61,066 nucleotides of DNA from Candidatus Omnitrophota bacterium (GCA_023818375.1 JAMWCC010000059.1:1901-62966); one strand, 5' to 3'; shown: positions 37,552-47,397, counted from the stretch's first letter. Numbers and translations are program-made. Notes: generated from the letters alone by a model not told the origin.

Positions 37552-38603
37552 TGTCCATAGAAATATTTAAAAAAATCTTGAATCTTGAGTACACAGAAAG
37601 AATTGGAAGGACTGAATACTGTGACCATCCATCTTTGATTAAACATATCACTGGGCTTGATCCTAAAAATCCCGAGCAGGTGCAGAAGGCATATGAAAAA
37701 TTTTATGAATGGGTCCCTTATGATTTTTTGTGGTCAACAAACGATGGACCTGTACAATGGAGTGAACTTGGTAGGACAACTGACATGGGACACGCTATTT
37801 ACCAGGAAGATGGATCTGATTATAGAAAACCAAAACCATGCCCTTTTAAATCAGTAGAAGAGGTACTGAATTTTGATGCTGTGAAAGAATACGGAAATTT
37901 TGATATTGATGAGAGAGCAGAATATTTTAAAAAATCACTTGAGAATACTCAAAATAAATTTTCTGATACTCTGGTAGCAGCCGGCTATTATAAAACCATT
38001 GTTTCAGGCTGTATTGAAGCTTTTGGCTGGGAAATGTTTCTTGAAGCAGTCGGGTCAGATCCAGAAAGATTTGGTGATTATGTCCTTGAAGGATTCTTTA
38101 ACCTGACATTGGCAAATTTTCAGGCTTGGGCAAAAGCAAAACCAGTTTTCTTTATCTGTCACGATGACATGGTCTGGACAAACGGCGCTATATTTAACCC
38201 TACCTGGTACAGAAGATATATCTTCCCGAGATACAAAAAACTCTGGGCTGTTTTTAAACAACAGGGGATAAAAATTCTTTTCTGCTCTGATGGCAACTAT
38301 ACAGAATTTGTAGATGATATCGCACAGGCAGGCGCAGATGGCTTTATTTTTGAACCCCTCACTGATTTGGAAGCGATTGTAAAAAAATATGGAAAAACCC
38401 ATGTTATTGTTGGAAACGCAGATTGCAGGATACTGACCTATGGAACAAAACAGGATATTGAGAAAGAGGTCCTGAGATGCATCAACACTGCAAAAGATTG
38501 CCCTGGGTTTGTGATGGCTGTAGGAAATCATATTCCACCAAATGTACCAATAGACAATGCAATGTTTTATTTTGATATAGTGAAAAAATACGGAAAAAGA
38601 TAG
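37551..38603 (+). CDS. URO-D/MT2-like family protein, x-S-D-G-N subtype
   Basis: 350 aa. The ATG overlaps the GH3 stop (TAATG). Motifs: ILFCSDGNYTEFVDD, GNADCRIL, GFVMAVGNHIPPNVP. Confidence 0.55.
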   Translation: MSIEIFKKILNLEYTERIGRTEYCDHPSLIKHITGLDPKNPEQVQKAYEKFYEWVPYDFLWSTNDGPVQWSELGRTTDMGHAIYQEDGSDYRKPKPCPFKSVEEVLNFDAVKEYGNFDIDERAEYFKKSLENTQNKFSDTLVAAGYYKTIVSGCIEAFGWEMFLEAVGSDPERFGDYVLEGFFNLTLANFQAWAKAKPVFFICHDDMVWTNGAIFNPTWYRRYIFPRYKKLWAVFKQQGIKILFCSDGNYTEFVDDIAQAGADGFIFEPLTDLEAIVKKYGKTHVIVGNADCRILTYGTKQDIEKEVLRCINTAKDCPGFVMAVGNHIPPNVPIDNAMFYFDIVKKYGKR

Positions 38604-38611
38604 GAGGAACG

Positions 38612-40318
38612 ATGAAACCTGAAAATAAGCATCTTTTTAATGTTGACTGCAACGGTTTTTTCTATAAATACAACAGACAAAGCTTATGGTATTATCCAGA
38701 TAACAAGAAATTCAATGCAAAACATATTCATCACTGCATTGATGTGCTGGCTGACAGTGGAGTTGACACAGTGGTAATAAATAGTAATGCCCAAGTAGCA
38801 TGGTATCCAAGTAAGGTCGTTGAAACAAACCTTGATGGGTACAAAAGGGGCGATAAAACATTTTTCTTTGGCCATCTTCTAGGACAACCAATGACTGAGG
38901 AGCAAATTGATAGATATTTGAATGAAATGGTCATTCTAATGGATAGGTATCTTGATCTTGTAGAAGATGGTGTCGATTGGCTGGCTGAGGCAACAAAGGC
39001 TTGCAGAAGAAATAAGCTTTCACCCTGGGTATCAATAAGAATGAATGACATGCATGGAGCAAGTGTGAAACCAGAATTTGATTTTATGAACTGTAAACTT
39101 TTTAAAGATAAAAAAATGCGGTTGAAAGGAACCACAACAAACCCTGAAGAGCCGCCAAGTATTTCCTGGCAGGGGCTTAATTACGAAAAAAAGGAAGTCC
39201 GCGATTATATGAAAGCACTCATTCAGGACTGCATTGAAAATTATGACTTTGAAGGAATTGAACTTGACTGGACAAGATGGCCTCTGTGTTGTGAGGTTCC
39301 TGCATCTCAAAAAGCTATTGACATCATTACTGAATGGCATGCTGAAATAAGAAACCTCTGCAAGAAAAAAGAAGAAAAAACCGGGAAACCATTTTTTATG
39401 GGGATCAGATATGCAGGCACATTTGAACAATTGAGACAGATTGGCATTGATATACCTGAAATGGCAAGAAAGAAACTTTTAGATTTTGTTTGCCCAACAA
39501 ATACCTGGCAGACAACCTGGGACATACCGTGCGATAAAATCAAAGAGCAACTTGGCGAGCATATTGCTGTATATGGAGTAATTGAACTCGGTACAAACTG
39601 GTTAATGGTATATTTTCCTGGAGCAGAACCGAACACTCATATTGGTGCTTCAGATCCAAGAGGATATCGGCTTTCAGCTTTTAGTCCTGAAATACTTCGT
39701 GGAAATGCAGCAGGAAAACTGGTCCTTGGATGCGATGGTATTGAAACATTTAATTTCTTCTGTGCAGATACTCCAAGTCATTTTGGATGGGAAAAAGCTG
39801 GTTGTTTTGCAGATTATGCATCATTAAGGAATCTTCACAGTTTGGAATTTCTCAAAGGAAAGCCCAAATTTTATACTTTTTCTTCTGGTGTGGGTTTTTA
39901 TGTTCACAATTTTTTTGAATCAATCGGCCAGATTCCTTTTCATATTGAACCACAGTGCAGAAAAGAGCTATTACTACCAATGACAAAAGAACCTGCCAAC
40001 AAAAACATGACATTGACCATCCAGGTTGTCGTGGAAAAACAAGAAGAAATACCACCGATTGGAATTAGTTTCAATGGCTGCTGGCCAAATTTCAAAAGTC
40101 AACAGACAGATAAACTTCTGTGCAGGGTTGGTGGTTATACACATCATGTTCCAGAACACACAGCATTCAATTTTCAGTTTGATCCATCTCTTATAAAAAA
40201 TGGCTTTAATAGTATCGTGGTAATGAATGGAAGCCATAACTGGTATAAAGATCAAGACAGGAAACAAAAAACAATAAGGGTAGTCAGTATTGAAATCTTG
40301 TATGACAAAGGAGAATAA
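38612..40318 (+). CDS. Hypothetical protein, possible glycoside-hydrolase-like TIM barrel
   Basis: 568 aa with an AGGAGG RBS and no signal peptide. DFEGIELDWTRWP resembles GHL-type TIM-barrel families. Weak. Confidence 0.3.
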   Translation: MKPENKHLFNVDCNGFFYKYNRQSLWYYPDNKKFNAKHIHHCIDVLADSGVDTVVINSNAQVAWYPSKVVETNLDGYKRGDKTFFFGHLLGQPMTEEQIDRYLNEMVILMDRYLDLVEDGVDWLAEATKACRRNKLSPWVSIRMNDMHGASVKPEFDFMNCKLFKDKKMRLKGTTTNPEEPPSISWQGLNYEKKEVRDYMKALIQDCIENYDFEGIELDWTRWPLCCEVPASQKAIDIITEWHAEIRNLCKKKEEKTGKPFFMGIRYAGTFEQLRQIGIDIPEMARKKLLDFVCPTNTWQTTWDIPCDKIKEQLGEHIAVYGVIELGTNWLMVYFPGAEPNTHIGASDPRGYRLSAFSPEILRGNAAGKLVLGCDGIETFNFFCADTPSHFGWEKAGCFADYASLRNLHSLEFLKGKPKFYTFSSGVGFYVHNFFESIGQIPFHIEPQCRKELLLPMTKEPANKNMTLTIQVVVEKQEEIPPIGISFNGCWPNFKSQQTDKLLCRVGGYTHHVPEHTAFNFQFDPSLIKNGFNSIVVMNGSHNWYKDQDRKQKTIRVVSIEILYDKGE

Positions 40319-40320
40319 TC

Positions 40321-41721
40321 ATGTATGTGAAAAACATTAGAAGAATAACCAATGATGACTGTCACAATGCTTTTACTGGCGCATGTTTTTTCAAAGGTTC
40401 TCTTTATGTGGCATACCGGCAGGGTGCTGCGCATGCAGACCCAACAGGAAAAATAATAGTACTTCGAAGCGATGATGAAGGAAAACATTTTGAAATCGTC
40501 GCGACCTTCAGAAAATCAGCAGACGCACGGGACTCGCATCTATACTCAGATGACAATAAACTTTTCGTTGTCGGTTTTGAAGCAGGAGACCAAACTGCTT
40601 CTTTTACTGCATACACTGAAGATGGAAGAAACTGGAGCCAGTGGCAACCAATGCTGGGTACAGACAATTTTATCATGTGGAGACCACGATTTTATAACGG
40701 AAAATACTTTTGCGCAGGTTATGGCGAATTTGAATGGAGAAAAACTTCAACAGTTGCGTGGTTTGAAAGTAATGATGGAATTAAATGGGAAAAGATTTAT
40801 GAAATACATAAAGGTAAGGATATGCCAACAGAATGCTTCCTTGACTTCAAGAGTGATGGTACTGGTGTGATGTTGATGAGATGCGATGATAAAACCAAAA
40901 GACCGTATCTTTGCACTTCAAAACCACCATACAGAAAATGGAAAAAGGTTCGTCTTGATATTCCACTTCATGGTCCCTGTTTGTGGCTGGTGAAGGATGA
41001 AATATGGATTTCAGGACGGTGGTTTTTGCATCCCGATATTGCTCATGTTGGGGTTTTCAAAGTTGTAAAAAACAAACCCAAATTGCGTCTTGTGCTTCCA
41101 TCCGGACCAGGAACTGATCTTTCTTACATCGGAGTTGCAAAAGACCCTGAAAATCCAGTAAGATTCTGGTTTTCCTACTATTCAGGTCATACTGCGACAG
41201 ATGATCCTTATGTTGACCAGTTCAGTCATCCTGATATCTATCTTGTTGAAGCTGTTTTCAGTTCTGGAAAAGAAGATTTTATCCTTGACTGGATGGTTTC
41301 TGATCTGCAGGATATCACTCTTGAAGATGCAAGACTACCAGACCAGGATGATAAAGGTTTGAACTGGAAAAAATGGCACGGCTATTCAGAAAAAGACACG
41401 AAAAAAGGTGTACCTTTTTCTGCAGTTGGTTTTGTTGATGCAAGCAGGGTTATAAAGAAAAGAAAAGGAGTTATCTTTTTTTCAACAAAGGTTGAACCTG
41501 GACCAATTGATAAGGCAAGATTATATCTTGGATATGATGGACCTGTGGTTGTCTGGTTTAATGGGAAAAAGGTTTTCTCTGGACATGGTACAAATCCTGC
41601 AATCGCTGACCAGTCGTCAGTTGTGGTAAAACCAGTCCATGGAACAAATACAATAACAATTGCACTTGATACCAACAATGGAAGAGCAGAAGGAATCTTC
41701 TGCAGAATAAAACCAGAGTGA
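40321..41721 (+). CDS. BNR/Asp-box beta-propeller (sialidase-like) with C-terminal beta-sandwich domain
   Basis: Asp-box motifs RSDDEGKHF, YTEDGRNW and ESNDGIKW. The C-terminal ~120 aa (ARLYLGYDGPVVVWFNGKKV) resembles a sugar-binding jelly roll. Confidence 0.6.
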   Translation: MYVKNIRRITNDDCHNAFTGACFFKGSLYVAYRQGAAHADPTGKIIVLRSDDEGKHFEIVATFRKSADARDSHLYSDDNKLFVVGFEAGDQTASFTAYTEDGRNWSQWQPMLGTDNFIMWRPRFYNGKYFCAGYGEFEWRKTSTVAWFESNDGIKWEKIYEIHKGKDMPTECFLDFKSDGTGVMLMRCDDKTKRPYLCTSKPPYRKWKKVRLDIPLHGPCLWLVKDEIWISGRWFLHPDIAHVGVFKVVKNKPKLRLVLPSGPGTDLSYIGVAKDPENPVRFWFSYYSGHTATDDPYVDQFSHPDIYLVEAVFSSGKEDFILDWMVSDLQDITLEDARLPDQDDKGLNWKKWHGYSEKDTKKGVPFSAVGFVDASRVIKKRKGVIFFSTKVEPGPIDKARLYLGYDGPVVVWFNGKKVFSGHGTNPAIADQSSVVVKPVHGTNTITIALDTNNGRAEGIFCRIKPE

Positions 41722-42992
41722 AAAAAATTGTATTTTTTCTCCTGATAACATGTAGCTGGCTATATGCTGGTCTTCAACCAGCACTTGTTGACTATGAAGC
41801 AAGATTAACAAAAATTGCTTACCAGATTCCGCAAATCATTAAAGCAGCAGAATTTGCTGCAAATCATGTCCTGAAATATCCAGATACTCTTATCAATGTC
41901 CCATACGAAAGTCAGAAAACATTCAGCGAAGAACTGATAAACAGGGCAGGAGGACTTTCAATTATTTATCCAATAGATTGGAGAACAAATCAATTGACTG
42001 ACCATGATATTGTGCTGCTTTCAGTCAGAAGCTGGGAAACAGACAGTGAAACAATCATCAGCCAGATTAAAGAATACAGGCAGAAAAAATGGAAAATAAT
42101 TATCTTTGGTTCAAAAAAGGGAATGCCAAAAAAACTGGACTGTGATTATTTTGTTGACAATGCCGCGCCCGGTGGTTCTGCCATACACGGAAGGATCAAC
42201 ATCCTTGTAAATATTACACTTGGATGGATGTGGTGCTGTGAATATGTTTCAGCAATGTCAAGGAAAGGGAAAATTCCAGGTATTCTGATCAGTATTTCTC
42301 TGCCTGAAGCAGACCCACATAACAAAAAAATTCAGACACCTGAAGGCAGGTTGTGGATAGGTGAATGCCCTGAAAAAATACCTGCAGGAAAGCTTGCAAA
42401 AATTTATCTTGAAAGAGTAAGAAAACTTGTGTCAGACCTGAAAAGCGAAAAAATTCAAAATCAACTGGATTATGCGTCGACAATTATTGCAGAAAGGATG
42501 GTACAGGGTAAAACAGTCGGTATTTCAGGGGTAGGACATGTGATTATCGATGAAGTAAAAAAAGACCTGAAAGCGCCCTGGACACCTTTTCAGGCAGTTG
42601 GAAGGATGGGCGGGCGAAGAAATATCTTTGCAAGGTATCTCAAACCAGGGGATACCCTTGTCTGGATTGCATACATTGGACTTAACTCAAAATACCATGA
42701 CTATGGCAGCCGCATTAAACAAGCAGGAGTTGAACTGATTACAAGTTTTGCACCTGATTTAGATGACCCCTCAGTGAATGAAACAGGCATTGCCCATATT
42801 GAACAGTGCTGGAAAAAAGGAGACGCAGAAGTGCCTCTACCCTGTCATCCATGGAAGATGGCTCCAGTAAGTGGAATAAATTCAGGTCTGATTCTCAGAA
42901 TGCTTGATGACATTGTATGGGCGAAGATTGAAAAGATGAAATTACAACAAACTTCATCAGAAACAATACCTGTGCCAGAGCAAAGTCATTGA
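41718..42992 (+). CDS. Secreted hypothetical protein
   Basis: GTG 41718 overlaps the upstream stop (GTGA). Signal peptide MKKIVFFLLITCSWLYAG. No motif assignable. Confidence 0.5.
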   Translation: MKKIVFFLLITCSWLYAGLQPALVDYEARLTKIAYQIPQIIKAAEFAANHVLKYPDTLINVPYESQKTFSEELINRAGGLSIIYPIDWRTNQLTDHDIVLLSVRSWETDSETIISQIKEYRQKKWKIIIFGSKKGMPKKLDCDYFVDNAAPGGSAIHGRINILVNITLGWMWCCEYVSAMSRKGKIPGILISISLPEADPHNKKIQTPEGRLWIGECPEKIPAGKLAKIYLERVRKLVSDLKSEKIQNQLDYASTIIAERMVQGKTVGISGVGHVIIDEVKKDLKAPWTPFQAVGRMGGRRNIFARYLKPGDTLVWIAYIGLNSKYHDYGSRIKQAGVELITSFAPDLDDPSVNETGIAHIEQCWKKGDAEVPLPCHPWKMAPVSGINSGLILRMLDDIVWAKIEKMKLQQTSSETIPVPEQSH

Positions 42993-43249
42993 TTTTATGT
43001 CTGTTCATAAAGAATGTCTCCGATTATCCATACAGGACTGCTTGGAGACTTCAGTTTATTTAATGATAAAATTCTGTAATATTGTTGAAGTATCAATCCT
43101 GAAAGTTTGAAAGGTGGTCCTTCAACACCGCCCCTCCACGGTCCTGTTCTCTGTCCCTTTGTCTCAGGAAGTTCAAATGAAAAGTATTGCCAGCCATCAA
43201 AAGCATGTCTTGCGTCTTATTCTGATGTTTTCATATTGTGGATGAAACA

Positions 43250-43369
43250 TCAACTATTCAAGAGAGATTTTATTAAATGCGGGCAATCCCTTTGATTTCC
43301 TGCACAACCCATTGCCCAGTATCCCTGGTCGTCTGACAGGATAAGAATTACATTTGTCTTTCGTGTCAT
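43250..43369 (-). pseudogene. Sulfatase gene remnant (N-terminal ~39 codons readable; decayed sequence may continue towards ~43000)
   Basis: The minus strand from ATG 43369 reads MTRKTNVILILSDDQGYWAMGCAGNQ..., the sulfatase N-terminal metal-binding hallmark (ILILSDDQG). A stop follows at codon 40. Downstream sulfatase-like fragments (LPAFNKISLE, LMFHPQY) appear only in shifted frames with stops. Confidence 0.55.
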
Positions 43370-43384
43370 TTTGGTTTTAGTTTT

Positions 43385-43414
43385 TTGACAATTTATGTGC
43401 GAATACTTTATATT
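43385..43414 (+). promoter_or_regulatory. Candidate sigma70-type promoter for the ADP-ribosylglycohydrolase operon
   Basis: TTGACA (43385-43390), 18-nt spacer, TATATT (43409-43414). It lies about 45 nt upstream of GTG 43459, which has an AAAGGAG RBS. Confidence 0.35.
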
Positions 43415-43458
43415 GTAAGTATGGTATCATGGAATAGAAGAAAAAAAAAGGAGCAAAC

Positions 43459-45495
43459 GTGGGAAAAATACTTGAAGACAAAATCAAAGGATGCCTTGTC
43501 GGAGCATATATCGGGTCAGAAATTGGGTTTTTGAGACACATAAATCCTGATACATTGAAAATTGAGAGTCCAGAAGAAATCTTGAATAAAAAACTGGATC
43601 CTGTTTTCCAGTATCAGGAACAGGAAAAAAGGATAAATTACAGGAAGATGACCCCGTTTATTGACGCAGGAATAAGAGCATATCTGAAATATCGACATAG
43701 AATTACACCTGAGGAATTTGCTGAAATCATTAAAAATGATGACGAGCTTTCAGGACCTGTTTTCAATTGGGATGATATTCATTCTGTACAGGAACTGTTA
43801 AAAGAAGGAATGAATCCGAGAATTTCAGGTATTGGCATAGTACCAACAGTCAATATCTGCACTTCTATGCCTGCAGTAGGAATTTATCATGCGGGAGATC
43901 CAGAATATGCCTATCTTGATGGTGTTGAACTTGCATCAGTGGTTCAGTGCAGAAAAGGTGCTGACTGGGCAGGACTGTGCGCAGCAACAATTGCCTATGC
44001 TCTTAACCCTGAAATAACCGCGGATGAAGTTGTTGAAAAAGTTCTTAAAATTGCCCACACAAATGCAAAGGATGTTTTCTATCAGATGAATAGAAAAATC
44101 CTCTGGGGCATCTCTTTAAGTAAATCCAGTGAAAAAGAATTTTTAACATGGTGGTTTTACAACGGGGGACACAATCCAGAAAGATTGATTTTTAATCCAC
44201 TGGAGTTCATTCTACCATTATTACCGGTCTATGGAGAAAAACCGGAACAACTAATGGCTTTAATCAATATACCATATAATGCAGGTTGCCATATCATATC
44301 ACCGGTTGCAGGAGCAATTGTAGGGGCCTTGTACGGGCAGAAAGTATTTCCTGAACGATGGTTAAAATGGGCGATACCAGCTGCTGAAAAATGGCTTGAT
44401 ATCATTGATGTCCTTGAAAAAAGATTACGAAAAGAAAAAACAATCATCCATATTACAGAAAAACTTGCTCAGCAGTCAGATTCTGGCTCAACCCGATTAT
44501 TTGACAAAATCTATGGCTGTGTGCTTGCAGGAGCCATAGGAAATGCCATGGGTTCCCCTGTTGAGTGCTGGTTTGACTGGGAAATTGACAAAAAATACCC
44601 CGAGGGTATAAAAACAATCCTTGATCCCAAACGTCTTGAATCAGAAGATGATAATCAGATGGCAATGCTTTTGTTTGAAACATATATTGAAAGAAAGGGT
44701 ATGCCAGTAATGGCAAGGCATTTCGGAAAAACTTGGGAAAAGAAACTCAATCGTGACCATTTTTATGCTCTTTGTATGGGGAATGCGTATAACCTTATAA
44801 TGTCTGGCTGGGACCCGAGAATTACAGGGCACTGGAGTGTTGTTACTGGTTCAACTGTAATGTGCATGGAACCTGTTGGAATGTATCACATTGGAGACCC
44901 TGAATATGCAGGAATTGATGCAAAAGCCATTTCATATATGTACCAGAGAGGACTTGATGTGATAGCTGCTGAAATACTCGTTGCAGCGGTTGCAGAGGCA
45001 CTTACCCCTGATGCAACAATTGAAAGTGTCTGCCATCAGGCACTGAAAACAGCACCTTCTTCACCCTTGAAAACATTTGATAAAAGAGATGTAAAAAGTT
45101 GCAGGGAATATCTTGAAAAATGCCTTAACATTGCTTCTAAATATGAGGATGTTCTTGCTGCAAGGAAGGAACTGCGCGAAAAATGTCTTTTCTATCACCC
45201 AATAGACCCTCTGGAACTTCTTGGACTTGCTTTTGCCATGTTTTACATTGCAAAAGGAGACGTAAGACAGGCAGCCATCGGTGGTACAAACATCGGCAGG
45301 GATTCTGATACAATCGCAGGAAGGGCTGCGATGCTATCGGGTGCATTAACTGGGGTAAAATCTATTCCCAAAGAGTGGATCGAACTTTTTAAACCAGAGG
45401 TTCTTGATAGAATAAAGCAAAATTGCCAGACATTTGTGGATTGTGTCATCTCTGGTAGAATTAAAAGACTGAAAAAAAGAACAAAGCTCTTATAA
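43459..45495 (+). CDS. Tandem double ADP-ribosylglycohydrolase (ARH/DraG) family protein
   Basis: 678 aa with a GTG start. The two halves share DKIKGCLVGAYIGSEIG / DKIYGCVLAGAIGNAMGSPVE and GIYHAGDPEYAYLDG / GMYHIGDPEYAGIDA. The C-half has the canonical GRDSDTIAGRAAMLSGALTG. Confidence 0.7.
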   Translation: MGKILEDKIKGCLVGAYIGSEIGFLRHINPDTLKIESPEEILNKKLDPVFQYQEQEKRINYRKMTPFIDAGIRAYLKYRHRITPEEFAEIIKNDDELSGPVFNWDDIHSVQELLKEGMNPRISGIGIVPTVNICTSMPAVGIYHAGDPEYAYLDGVELASVVQCRKGADWAGLCAATIAYALNPEITADEVVEKVLKIAHTNAKDVFYQMNRKILWGISLSKSSEKEFLTWWFYNGGHNPERLIFNPLEFILPLLPVYGEKPEQLMALINIPYNAGCHIISPVAGAIVGALYGQKVFPERWLKWAIPAAEKWLDIIDVLEKRLRKEKTIIHITEKLAQQSDSGSTRLFDKIYGCVLAGAIGNAMGSPVECWFDWEIDKKYPEGIKTILDPKRLESEDDNQMAMLLFETYIERKGMPVMARHFGKTWEKKLNRDHFYALCMGNAYNLIMSGWDPRITGHWSVVTGSTVMCMEPVGMYHIGDPEYAGIDAKAISYMYQRGLDVIAAEILVAAVAEALTPDATIESVCHQALKTAPSSPLKTFDKRDVKSCREYLEKCLNIASKYEDVLAARKELREKCLFYHPIDPLELLGLAFAMFYIAKGDVRQAAIGGTNIGRDSDTIAGRAAMLSGALTGVKSIPKEWIELFKPEVLDRIKQNCQTFVDCVISGRIKRLKKRTKLL

Positions 45496-45508
45496 AAAAG
45501 GATATGCA

Positions 45509-46621
45509 ATGACAGACAGAGAAAGGTTTTGTCTTGTAATGGAATTCAAGCAGGTTGATAGGGTGCCAAATTATGAGCTCGGGTTATGGGGACAGACAAT
45601 CAAAAGGTGGCAGGAAGAAGGACTGCCAGTGGATTCTTTATATTTCAGCTGGTTTGAGGGAGAGCCATATTTCAAAATAGACAGACGCGCTTTTGCACCG
45701 ATAAATGTCGGAATGATACCCGGTTTTGAGTATCAGGTCATTGAGGAAGACGAAAGAACAATTACGGCAAGGCATGAAAATGGAATTGTAACAAAGGCAT
45801 TAAAACAAGGTACAGTGCGGGGTACAAGAATGTGTATGGATCAGTATATCTCCTTTCCTGTCACTGATAAAGATAGTTACCAACAGATTAAAAAAAGATA
45901 TGATCCATCTTCACCTATTAGATACCCCTTATGGTGGAACGAGATGGTCAAGATGTGGAAAACAAGGTCATACCCGCTGTGTCTTTTAAGAAATGCTTCT
46001 TTTGGGCTTTATTCACAACTTCGCAGGTGGGTGGGAACAGAAAACATTTCTTATATGTTCTACGATGACCCTGTGCTTGTTGAAGAGATGATAGATTTCA
46101 ACACGAATTTTTTACTCTCACTTGTTGAAAAGGCACTCAATGAGATTGACTTTGACTATTTCAATTTTTTTGAGGATTTTGCAGGAAAGGGTGGTCCATT
46201 AATATCACCCGAGATATTTAAAAAATTCTTCATGCCTTATTACAAAAAAATCATTGAGCGATTCAGAAAAGCAGGAATAAAATATTTCTGGCTTGACAGC
46301 GATGGAAACTGCGAGGTGTTAATACCACTGATGATTGAATGCGGAATTAATTGTTTATGGCCCCTTGAGCAGGCGTCAGATATGAACCCTGTAAGATTAC
46401 GGAAGAAATTCGGGAAAAACATTGCTTTTGCTGGAGGAATAGACAAAAGAGTTCTTGCTATGGGTAAGAAAGATATTGAAAAAGAACTGTACTCAAAAAT
46501 ACCAAATCTTGTTGAATCTGGTGGCTACATTCCAACTATAGACCATACTGTTCCACCCGAAGTCTCACTTGAAAATTTTGCCTATTACATAGAATTAAAA
46601 ATGAAACTTCTCTCAGGATAA
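45509..46621 (+). CDS. URO-D/MT2-like family protein, D-S-D-G-N subtype
   Basis: 370 aa. Motifs: MTDRERFCLV...VDRVPN, FFEDFAGKGGPLISP, FWLDSDGNCEVLIPLMIECGIN, GGYIPTIDHTVPPEV. Confidence 0.6.
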   Translation: MTDRERFCLVMEFKQVDRVPNYELGLWGQTIKRWQEEGLPVDSLYFSWFEGEPYFKIDRRAFAPINVGMIPGFEYQVIEEDERTITARHENGIVTKALKQGTVRGTRMCMDQYISFPVTDKDSYQQIKKRYDPSSPIRYPLWWNEMVKMWKTRSYPLCLLRNASFGLYSQLRRWVGTENISYMFYDDPVLVEEMIDFNTNFLLSLVEKALNEIDFDYFNFFEDFAGKGGPLISPEIFKKFFMPYYKKIIERFRKAGIKYFWLDSDGNCEVLIPLMIECGINCLWPLEQASDMNPVRLRKKFGKNIAFAGGIDKRVLAMGKKDIEKELYSKIPNLVESGGYIPTIDHTVPPEVSLENFAYYIELKMKLLSG

Positions 46622-46623
46622 AA

Positions 46624-47397
46624 TTACCTGTTCCTGCCACCAGGTCTGCGCCACGGAGAATCAGATGAGGGACTGGTTCCTGAATCATCAGTCCTTCGCC
46701 AGCGCGGTCCAGTATCTGTGGAAGATGGCGGGACTTGGAAAAACGAACCTGGCACAGATGGTTGACCTGTTGAAACGGTATCTGGTCTCTGAAAACTGGT
46801 TCTTAAACTCTCCATGATTGTCTGGCTTTCTGCAATCTGCGCCTGATATTCTTGGTTATCCTGAAGGATTTTTTGCAAGAGGGTCTGGCGTTGTTGATTA
46901 AGCTCTCTTATTTGCTGATCAATTTCCCTAATCCTGGGGTCCTGTGCTGCCTGTCTTTCAATCGCTGCCAGTCTCATGGTATCCTGTGCCTGAAAATCAC
47001 CTGAAGCTATTTTTTGTTTCAGCTGTTGATATTCAAAATTGTCTGCAAGTATTTCGTCAAGAAGGGCCTTTCTTTTTTGTTGGAGCTCATTAATTTTATC
47101 CATTATTGCCTTGATCTCAGGATTTTGTTGAGAAGTGTCATCCTCTATTTTCCTCATCGTGGTGCGAATTTCCTGCAACCTCCTGATTGATTGTTCCCTT
47201 TCTTCCCTTGAAAGTCCCTGTTGCTGGGGTTGCTTTGGTTGAGGTTGGGTCTTTATATTTGTTTCACCAACAACGCCTGATGAAAGATGAATAATCTCAA
47301 ATTCTTCAAGGTTCAATTGAGCCTGGAAAGAATCTGATTGCTGAGCATTTAAAACACAGCAAGAAAGAAATACCAAAAACAGTAAAATTTTATTCAT
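46624..47397 (-). CDS. Secreted Q/E-rich coiled-coil protein (two copies of a ~35-aa module)
   Basis: Signal peptide MNKILLFLVFLSCCVLNA. Modules: NPEIKAIMDKINELQQKRKALLDEILADNFEYQQLKQKI and DPRIREIDQQIRELNQQRQTLLQKILQDNQEYQAQIAES. Confidence 0.6.
   Translation of the reverse strand: MNKILLFLVFLSCCVLNAQQSDSFQAQLNLEEFEIIHLSSGVVGETNIKTQPQPKQPQQQGLSREEREQSIRRLQEIRTTMRKIEDDTSQQNPEIKAIMDKINELQQKRKALLDEILADNFEYQQLKQKIASGDFQAQDTMRLAAIERQAAQDPRIREIDQQIRELNQQRQTLLQKILQDNQEYQAQIAESQTIMESLRTSFQRPDTVSTGQPSVPGSFFQVPPSSTDTGPRWRRTDDSGTSPSSDSPWRRPGGRNR

Noticed and set aside
5395-40676. Numerous 60-160-aa track ORFs antisense to or out of frame within long genes (for example 5395-5730, 6647-7057, 12585-12902, 38055-38531, 38731-39135, 39032-39430, 40472-40870)
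   Set aside because: Each is fully embedded in a longer ORF with clear family motifs. They have skewed low-complexity composition typical of antisense AT-rich frames, and none has an RBS.
43107-43295. 62-aa plus-strand track ORF in the 42993-43458 gap
   Set aside because: It is antisense to the sulfatase remnant, whose N-terminal hallmark is far more convincing. It has no RBS and a low-complexity composition.
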